This document shows, one piece after another, positions 56,739-64,000 of a DNA stretch of 64,000 nucleotides. Each line of letters starts with the position of its first letter. The first letter of the stretch is position 1. A program made the position numbers and the translations under genes. The DNA is from Candidatus Latescibacterota bacterium (GTDB taxonomy: Bacteria > Latescibacterota > UBA2968 > UBA8231), in NCBI GenBank assembly GCA_965215195.1, contig CBDCDC010000002.1:1056001-1120000 (forward strand), in the 5' to 3' direction. The notes under the pieces were generated by a model. That model made no database searches and was not told where the DNA came from. It saw nothing but the letters and a program-made list of their open reading frames with translations.

Positions 56739-58229
56739 CTATTCCGATTCCTCCAGCACCCCGTCGTAAGAACCGGTCAGTGCTTCGCCTTGGGCTCTGA
56801 TTTCTTCCAAGCGGCGCGACAGACTGCGCACGATATCCGGGTGCTGGTCGTACAGATTCTGCCGCTCGGCAATGTCGTCTTTGAGGTTGAACAGTTCCCC
56901 AGGGAAATCGTGGTCGCTATAGCCCCGCTCCACCTTGAACCAGTCCGGCTCGCGGTTGTCGTCGCCGGAAGGAGCGTCAATAAAGACCCAGTCGTCTTGG
57001 CGCAGGGCAAAGCGGCCCGAACAACTGTGATGCACGGCTGAGCGGCGCACCGGCGCGTCAAGCTGGCCCTGCAACAGGGGCAATATGCTAATGCTGTCCT
57101 CGGCCGCTCCCTTGGGCAACTGAACCCCGGTCAACTCGGCGCAGGTGGCCATAAAATCGCCCAACAGAGCGAGCTGGCCGCAGACCGATCCAGCCGGCGC
57201 GACCCCGGGCCAGCGAGCGATAAAGGGTACGCGGTGGCCGCCCTCCCAAGTGTCGCGCTTAGCGCCGCGCAAATGGGCCATGCTGTAGTGGCCGAATTGG
57301 CGCACGTGCTCGTAGCAGCCGCCGGCCGCGGCCGGAATGCACTCGGGGCCGTTGTCGCTGGTGAAGATGAGCAGCGTGTCGTCGGTCAGCCCCTGCTCGT
57401 CGAGCGCGGCCACGATTTCCCCGACCACCCAATCAACTTCGCAAACGAAATCGCCGTACAGGCCCGCCCCACTGCGACCAATAAACGGTGGGTTGGGGAC
57501 AATCGGCGTGTGCGGCGAGGTCAGCGGCAAATAAAGAAAGAAGGGGTCGGCGCCAGCTTCGGCGATGTAGGCGCGGGCGCGGCGGACGAATTCGGGGACC
57601 ATGTCCGCCAATTTCCAGCCCGGCTTCATGGCCCCGGGCAGGCCGAACATCTCCTCGGGCTTTTGCGCGGTCGGGGCCGCGGCCAGCCGGTCCTGCTCAA
57701 ACCAAGTGTAGGGCGGAAAATTCGGCACATCGACGCCAAAGTAGTAGTCAAAACCGCAGGCTAGGGGGCCGCCGCCGATGGGTTGGCTGTAGTCGATATT
57801 GCGCTCTAGGGCTTGGCGCTGCTCGCGGTTGAGGCGGCCGATGGGAGCGTCTCCGCAGGCTGGTTTGCCGTCCTTGGTCGCCCATTCCCAGCCGAGGTGC
57901 CACTTGCCGATGCAGGCGGTGCGGTAGCCCTGCTGGCGCAGCAGCTTGGCCGCGGTGAGGCGGTCGGGCTCGATCAAGGGCGGATCCCAAGGCCACAGGA
58001 CGCTGCTTTTGAGCGGGGTGCGCCAGCAATAGCGGCCGGTGAGCAGGGCGTAGCGGCTGGGCGAGCAGACGCTGGAGGAAGCGTGCGCGTCGGTAAAGCG
58101 CATCCCCTCGCCGGCGAGGCGGTCGAGGTGGGGCGTGGGGATTTTGCAGCCGGGGTTGTTGCACCCCATATCGCCGTATCCCATGTCGTCGGCGAGGATG
58201 TAGATGATATTGGGTTTTTGCCGGGGCAT
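56739..58229 (-). CDS. Cys-type sulfatase (arylsulfatase A family)
   Basis: ADDMGYGD, CSPSRYALLTG, GKWHLG, TSDNG. Confidence 0.95.
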   Translation of the reverse strand: MPRQKPNIIYILADDMGYGDMGCNNPGCKIPTPHLDRLAGEGMRFTDAHASSSVCSPSRYALLTGRYCWRTPLKSSVLWPWDPPLIEPDRLTAAKLLRQQGYRTACIGKWHLGWEWATKDGKPACGDAPIGRLNREQRQALERNIDYSQPIGGGPLACGFDYYFGVDVPNFPPYTWFEQDRLAAAPTAQKPEEMFGLPGAMKPGWKLADMVPEFVRRARAYIAEAGADPFFLYLPLTSPHTPIVPNPPFIGRSGAGLYGDFVCEVDWVVGEIVAALDEQGLTDDTLLIFTSDNGPECIPAAAGGCYEHVRQFGHYSMAHLRGAKRDTWEGGHRVPFIARWPGVAPAGSVCGQLALLGDFMATCAELTGVQLPKGAAEDSISILPLLQGQLDAPVRRSAVHHSCSGRFALRQDDWVFIDAPSGDDNREPDWFKVERGYSDHDFPGELFNLKDDIAERQNLYDQHPDIVRSLSRRLEEIRAQGEALTGSYDGVLEESE

Positions 58230-58329
58230 GGCCGATCCTTTCTGTGGATGTTGGTTGGCGAGTCGAGTTCGAGTGCCAGTGCATTAGCCGCTGCTAGGAC
58301 GAAGCCATCGCGCTTATAAGCAGCTTCGT

Positions 58330-59001
58330 TCACAACCAAGCATAGGCCCGACGCAGGGCCTCGGGTGCGCCGCTTTCGACGACATGGCCGTGGCCGACGA
58401 TGAGGCGGTCGAAATCCCAAGCCAATATGTCGTTCAAAGACGCTTTCATGGCCGTCCGGTCCTTGATGAACAGCTTGAACAGCCGCGAGGGGGCGATTCG
58501 GTCGTACACGCCGTTGAGGCGCTGTAGGCATCGCTCGGTCCAAGAGCCGGCCTCGAGATTGAAGACCAGATCGGCGACGATCAAGCTGCGGCTGGCCGGG
58601 TGGAAAAAAACCGCTTCGTTGAGCCGGGGGATACCGCCGATTAAGGCATAGGGCAATTCCTCTTCCCACTCTTCGGCATCGCCGGCCCCCAGAACGCGGT
58701 CCACCGGCCAGTCGCCGTGCTCTTCGGCCAGACCCGGCACGGCGACCAAACGCGCCTCTGGGTAGCGGCCAAACCACGCCGGCAGGTACAAGTCGTGGAA
58801 ACGGCTGGGGGCGACCAAGTACTCCACCGGCCCCAAAGATGCCAAGGCCGCCTCTATTGCCTCGTCTAGCTCCACTGGTGAGTGGACCCACAGACCGCCC
58901 GATTGCAGGCGCACCACAGTCATGCGGTGCCCGAGATTGAGTCCGATTATCCGCAGAGGCCCGCTCGCGGCCCATATATTTTGGCTCAAGACTGTCAACA
59001 T
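58330..59001 (-). CDS. DUF4336 (metallo-beta-lactamase-like) protein
   Basis: RMTVVRL..GGLWVHSP, APSRFH, WDFDRLIVGHG. Confidence 0.85.
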   Translation of the reverse strand: MLTVLSQNIWAASGPLRIIGLNLGHRMTVVRLQSGGLWVHSPVELDEAIEAALASLGPVEYLVAPSRFHDLYLPAWFGRYPEARLVAVPGLAEEHGDWPVDRVLGAGDAEEWEEELPYALIGGIPRLNEAVFFHPASRSLIVADLVFNLEAGSWTERCLQRLNGVYDRIAPSRLFKLFIKDRTAMKASLNDILAWDFDRLIVGHGHVVESGAPEALRRAYAWL

Positions 59002-59013
59002 ATAGCCCTCTTT

Positions 59014-59334
59014 CTAGGTGGAAATCGTTACCGCTAGGCTGAATACCCGATCGACAGCGCCGTTCGGTCCGGGGGCACCGGGCGCGATGGCTACGCGATT
59101 GGGACGATCGCGAATTTGGTCTGCGAAAGTCAGTGCCATGTCCAGTGGGCTGGGCGGATCGAAGATGCGGCTGTGGGTAGCAATGCGGAGAAAGCTGGAC
59201 ACCACGAGGTCGGTCAGGCCGTAGGCCTGGGGACTGTGGATCAGTTCTTCCAGCCAAGCCCGATAAGCTGGGTGGTCGGGGATTTCCTCGCGGTGGGCGT
59301 AGAGCAGGACATTGACGTCAAGTAGGACCACCAT
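59014..59334 (-). pseudogene. vapC: Truncated VapC PIN toxin
   Basis: LLDVNVLLYAH...FLRIATH; 106 aa, and the C-terminal acidic motifs are missing. Confidence 0.75.
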
Positions 59335-59569
59335 CCCGCTCCATCAGGTCGAGGAGAGACGAAGTATCATCCAAATCGACGCCGGGTTGCACACCTCGCC
59401 CTTTGCAGGTCTTCAACGGGACGCGGGCCTGTGGCCGAATGGCCTCCGTGTGCGCTAGGGCTTCGCGCAGCGCATCCTCAATTACCGCCTTGAGTGTGCG
59501 CCCCGTCTGCGCCGCGCACTGCTTGGCCTCTGCCAGCAACTGATCATCCAACTGTATCGTCGTTTTCAT
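59318..59569 (-). CDS. VapB-like antitoxin
   Basis: MKTTIQLDDQLL.EAK...IEDALR...PGVDLDD. Confidence 0.85.
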   Translation of the reverse strand: MKTTIQLDDQLLAEAKQCAAQTGRTLKAVIEDALREALAHTEAIRPQARVPLKTCKGRGVQPGVDLDDTSSLLDLMERDGGPT

Positions 59570-59596
59570 ACATAAAGACATACGATATATACATAA

Positions 59597-60756
59597 GGAA
59601 TCTCTGATTAAGTTTTCTTTCGAGTTCTTTTTTGAGAGTCCATATTCTAAGAAAAAAGGCGATAACTCGCGATGACTCAACTCAGTTTTTCCGATGCCGC
59701 CTACACCTACAAGAAGAAGACCCCTCGCAAAGAACGCTTTCTGTCGGAGAGGAACGACCTGCTGCCGTGGGCCGACCTGCTCCAACCCATTGTGAGCAAG
59801 TACCCGAAACCCGGTAATGGCCGTCGTCCGATCCCGGCTGCGGTGATGGTACGGGTCTATTTCATGCAGCACTGGTATGGCTTGAGTGATCCAGCGCTGG
59901 AAGACAGCCTGTATGATGTCGAATCGATGCGCCGCTTTGCAGGCGTGCCCTTGGATAGCATTCCGGCTGAGACGACGATCTGCAAGTTCCGCCACTTCTT
60001 AGAAAAGCATTGTTTGACGGAAGCCCTGTTTCGATGCACCGCGCCGTATTTGTCGGAGCGGGGTATGCTACTCCGCGAAGGCACGATGGTGGATGCGACG
60101 ATCCTTCACGCGCCGGCTTCGACGAAGAACCGGGACAAGGCACGAGACCCGCAGATGGGGCCTACGAAGAAGGGGACGACGTGGTATTTTGGCCTCAAAG
60201 CACATGGGGGCAGTGATCGTCAGGGGCGGGTGCACAGCGTCGTGGTGACCCCGGCGTCGGTGCATGATTGGGTGGTGATGGACGAGTGGTTACACGGCGA
60301 GGAACAGGTCATCTATGGCGCTAAAGCCTATGCCCGTGCCGAACGCAAAGCAGACGCCGAATCGGATGGTATGGAGGGGCGGGGGCTTCGTAAAGCCAGC
60401 CGAAGCCGGAAGCTGACGGGTGCCGATCGCTCGTTCAACCAAAAGAGCAACCGTGTCCGAGCCCGGGTTGAACATGCCTTTGGGGTCATCAAACACCTGT
60501 GGGGCTATCGCAAGGTGCGTTATCGAGGCTTGGCCAAGAACGCCGCCCAAGTCGTTACCTTGTTGGCGCGGGCCAATTTCTATCTGGCGCGTAGAGCATT
60601 GGCGACGAGGTAGGGAGCAGTCCGTCCCGAGCGCAGACCGGGACGAGGAACGGGGAGAAGCACGCCTGAAAATAGAGCCATGTTCCCACTTTATAAGCAA
60701 ATATAACACTCAGAGGCTTCTGTTTTGTTAAAAAAGCTGACTTGACCAGAGGTTCC
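59597..60756 (+). mobile_element. IS5-family element (transposase 59672..60613)
   Basis: Imperfect TIR ggaatctctgattaa/ttgaccagaggttcc; TSD ATAA; LSDPALED, VDATI, RARVEHAF. Confidence 0.92.
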
Positions 60757-60899
60757 ATAAATATGGCAAATCCCTTGGCAGAATAGATCAGCGAATTTTC
60801 CACTCAGCGGTTCGCTCGTTCACCGAGGGGACGTCAACCCCAAATTCTGGACACCTCCTATCCTAACGTTTTGATTTAGATTAAACCATCCAGCAGGAG

Positions 60900-61553
60900 G
60901 TGACCATGCAAGCAAATCTCGTGACGTTGATCCGAATATTCTTGGTGTTTTTGGTGATTGGGTTGTACAAAGTCAACACCATCGCCTGCGGTGTGGCGGT
61001 CTTGCTGACCATTGCCACCCTCTACATGGACGCGCTCGACGGTATCATTGCCCGCCGCCTCGGCATCGAATCCGATCTGGGCGCGATGTTCGACATCGCC
61101 GGGGATCGCATCGTAGAGAACGTCTTCTGGGTCTATTTTGCGTCGATCGGCATGGTCAGCTTCTGGGCTGCGGCCATCGTCGTCGCCCGGAGTTTCCTCA
61201 TCGACTGGCTGCGGACGCTGGCCTTTGTAGATGCGGGCAAGACCCCATTCGGCAGTAAGACGATGATGCGCAGCCGATGGGCAAAGGCGCTCGTGAGCTC
61301 TCGCTTGAGTCGGGCGCTATACGGCTTTACCAAGGCGGTCGTGTTTGTCTATCTGGGCGCGGTGCTGCTGATTCAGTCCGCACAAGCCGAGTACGGTTGG
61401 TCGGTCGGGGTGTCCACGGAGTTGCTGCTGCTGGTCGGGCAGGCAATCGTCTGGTTGACGGTGGTGATGTGTCTAGTGCGGGGCGTCCCGGTGGTATGGG
61501 ACAGTCAGGACGTTCTGTTTCGCAAAATGTTTCCCGGCTTGCTGCGAGATTAG
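60900..61553 (+). CDS. CDP-alcohol phosphatidyltransferase
   Basis: DALDGIIARR....SDLGAMFDIAGD. Confidence 0.92.
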   Translation: MTMQANLVTLIRIFLVFLVIGLYKVNTIACGVAVLLTIATLYMDALDGIIARRLGIESDLGAMFDIAGDRIVENVFWVYFASIGMVSFWAAAIVVARSFLIDWLRTLAFVDAGKTPFGSKTMMRSRWAKALVSSRLSRALYGFTKAVVFVYLGAVLLIQSAQAEYGWSVGVSTELLLLVGQAIVWLTVVMCLVRGVPVVWDSQDVLFRKMFPGLLRD

Positions 61554-61561
61554 CTAGTCCC

Positions 61562-62200
61562 GTGATAGCTGCGATATTCGATCTGGACGGGACCCTGCTG
61601 CCCGGTACCAGCGCTGAAAGGGAGTTCATCCGCTTCGCTCTGAAGACCGGCCAGCAGACTGTCCCACAGGCGGTTCGCGCATTCCTGTCTTGGGCCATCC
61701 GCATCCCTACCCGCGGCGTCCGATCCAACAAAACCCACTTCGGCGGCGTCGAGATGGAGCTGCTCGCGGAGATGGCCGAGACCTTCTGTCGCCAGCAACT
61801 AACGCGCCGAATTCCAGCTCGGGCCAAGCGGCTGATCGCAGCACATCGCGCCGCCGGGGATTGTCTCGGCATCGTGTCGGGAGCACCGCAGTTCCTGATC
61901 GCACCACTGCAGGACCTCCTCGATTTGGATTTCGTCGTTGGGACCAAGCTAGCCTATAATCAGGGACGCTTGACGGGCGACTTGGACGGCCTTCTTGTAT
62001 CCGGGCCTGAGAAGGTACGCCAATCGGATGAAGTAGCGTACGCCCACGGATTCGACCTGCGCCAATCCACGGCCTACGGAAACGCCTTCGCTGATCGCTT
62101 CCTGCTGGCAGCGGTCGTTCGTCCCGTCGTTGTCAATCCAGACGGCCGGCTGGCGCTGCTGGCTCGCAAGAAGGGCTGGCCGATCTGTGTCTGCTCTTGA
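61562..62200 (+). CDS. HAD-IB family hydrolase
   Basis: FDLDGTL, IVSG, K...AYGN...D...VNPD; GTG start assumed. Confidence 0.85.
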   Translation: MIAAIFDLDGTLLPGTSAEREFIRFALKTGQQTVPQAVRAFLSWAIRIPTRGVRSNKTHFGGVEMELLAEMAETFCRQQLTRRIPARAKRLIAAHRAAGDCLGIVSGAPQFLIAPLQDLLDLDFVVGTKLAYNQGRLTGDLDGLLVSGPEKVRQSDEVAYAHGFDLRQSTAYGNAFADRFLLAAVVRPVVVNPDGRLALLARKKGWPICVCS

Positions 62201-62367
62201 AGGATAACCCAAGGTCAGAGCAGATTCAATCCGAAATTAGGTGGCGGGGTTGATGAAGAAAAACCATTCAGGTATGCTTAGTAAACGATTCCGCTGTTAG
62301 AATATATCCTACTAGTAGTCATGAGTCGGCATTATAACACATCTCTCGAAAAGAGCAACCCATTTGC

Positions 62368-63532
62368 CTAAGTACACGACAGTAAAATGGGTTCATATTG
62401 TTGGGCGTGTTTAGGCTGCTCACGCACTTGGTGTATGATGTGTGTGAGTTGATCGAGTCCTCGTCGAAACAGACTTATGGCGGGTCGTCCGTGTTTTTTT
62501 AGGGGGATAGGTTTTCTTTGATGGAGTTGCTCGCCCAGCAGCAGGCCCCACAGCAGCGTCCATGCCAGCAGTCCTAGCAGCAAATGGATGCGTTGAGGAT
62601 GGGTCAGGTGGGTATCTTCGAGATTAAATCCTCTCGATTTCAAACAAGCAAAGGTCGTCTCGATAGCCCAGCGCTGGCCATAGAGCGCCAGCACCTGTTG
62701 GAGGTCGGTTCGGTTGGTAATCAGCAGGATGCGTTCGCCGCGGGGGGGGCGGTGGCACACCAGATTCAGCGTCAGGCCATTATAGAGGGCCGTCTGTGGA
62801 TAGTATCGGGTGGTGTTTCGGGGCATCCGTTCATTAAAGGTGGCCGCATAGCGCAACCGACCATCGTCGAGCGTAAGCGAGGTATGGCCGCTCAGGCGAA
62901 TGACAAAATCGATGGGTTGCTCCAACAAAAAAGCAAACCAATCTCGACCGATAAACTCGCGGTCGGCGACTAAACAACAGGCGCTGGTATCCAGATAGGC
63001 CGCTACTTGGGTCAGCAGGTGTTTCCGTGCGTCGGTATGGGAGTTGCCCGGCTTTTGTAACGACTGATAGACCAACGGAATAGACTCTCCTTGATAGACC
63101 AAGCCGACACATAACAGATTCAGATCGGTGCGACCCCGCTTCCAATGGGTACGATCCATGACCAACACTTGCGGCTGACCGGGGCCCACTAACTTGGAGA
63201 CGATCAACTGAGTAAACACGGCGGGGGAGAATCCGCTACTGAAAAACCGCTGCAGACGGCGATATTGACTGTCTATTTGCGCCATGCCAGGCAAACTACA
63301 CGCCCGTTTTCTCAGATTGACCGAACGCACTTGCATCAGCGCACACATCAAGCCACTAAGCAGGTCCATGCGGTGGCGCGTGAGGGATACGGACCCTTGC
63401 ATGAGGGCTTGCTTTAGCGTATGAATAAGCACGGTACAGCTCCTGTATTTAGGATTTAGATGCAATCTTGGCGATTACAAATAAACCTAAATCGGGGCTG
63501 TACCACAACTTACATTACTGTCGTGTACTTAG
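62368..63532 (-). mobile_element. Complete IS4-family element (transposase GTG 63432 to 62368)
   Basis: Perfect 18-bp TIR ctaagtacacgacagtaa; 9-bp TSD cccatttgc; DRT, ADREF and Y..RW.IE..F..LK motifs intact. Confidence 0.95.
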
Positions 63533-63580
63533 CCCATTTGCAATCATTGGTTTACAGAATAATTCTTAACGAGGGCTGAT

Positions 63581-63865
63581 ATGACCAATAAACTCAAAAA
63601 TGCTTTCGACAAAATCTCAACTTTAAGCGAAAAAGAGCAGGACGCTATCGCGGAAGCTCTCCTAAGCGGTAGTAGATGATACTTGGGGTCCAGAGGACGA
63701 TACGGACGAAGCCGAATGGGATGCCTTGGTGAGATCAAAAAAATCTCATACTTGGTTAGACAAAATGGTAAAGCAAGTTCGGCAGGATATTCAAGAAGGG
63801 AAGGTCTATGATTTTGATCCCAGCGACTTGAACATATCAAGTCCATGAGATCAAAGACTCACCCC
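63581..63865 (+). pseudogene. Degenerate antitoxin plus a possible toxin start
   Basis: MTNKLKNAFDKISTLSEKEQDAIA...*, continuing in another frame as WDAL...LDKMVKQVRQDIQEGK; overlapping ATG MRSKTH. Confidence 0.5.
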
Positions 63866-64000
63866 GGCGTCCTGAAGGCTCGCACCTCCTTTTCACCGGC
63901 CTTTTCATGGGCCGGCGCGGTCAGTGCAACGACGAGCGCGGCCCCTACCATCCAGAGGAGCCGTAGGTGTGTACGGACGCGCTTGATCGCAGATGCGGTG

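Noticed and set aside
57974-59257. 427-aa ORF and similar long Arg/Pro/Ala-rich ORFs throughout the window
   Set aside because: Alternate-frame artefacts of high GC content, overlapping recognisable genes.
60832-60856. gtcaaccccaaattctggacacc, resembling an IS3-type end
   Set aside because: No partner end or transposase visible.
1-64000. tRNA, rRNA, riboswitch, prophage, retron/DGR
   Set aside because: No recognisable signatures, reverse transcriptase or phage genes by eye; an Infernal scan would be needed to exclude small RNAs.

Overview
High-GC bacterial window. The gene families (CTD/FlgD-Ig proteins, DUF6785, ASPIC/UnbV, a TAVEESTWAQIK tail) suggest Candidatus Latescibacterota or a related FCB-adjacent lineage; this is inference. 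The backbone encodes secreted discoidin-like/FlgD-Ig paralogs, a large putative outer-membrane protein, two parvulin PPIases, FG-GAP/ASPIC and TPR proteins, an RND pump, a peptide SBP, a sulfatase and lipid/sugar enzymes. Scattered through it are IS630, IS4 and IS5 elements, two MITE families carrying the same REP-like hairpin, and many decayed defence/toxin-antitoxin genes. The best candidate for a new system is an AT-richer island (49.6-55.3 kb). It lies behind a duplicated BlaI-type promoter/operator and encodes an FMN-binding protein, a one-Cys redoxin, a 65-aa secreted six-cysteine peptide, an NHL beta-propeller and a MacB/FtsX permease, just downstream of a BlaI/BlaR1(M56) pair. All family calls come from motif recognition by eye, not database searches.
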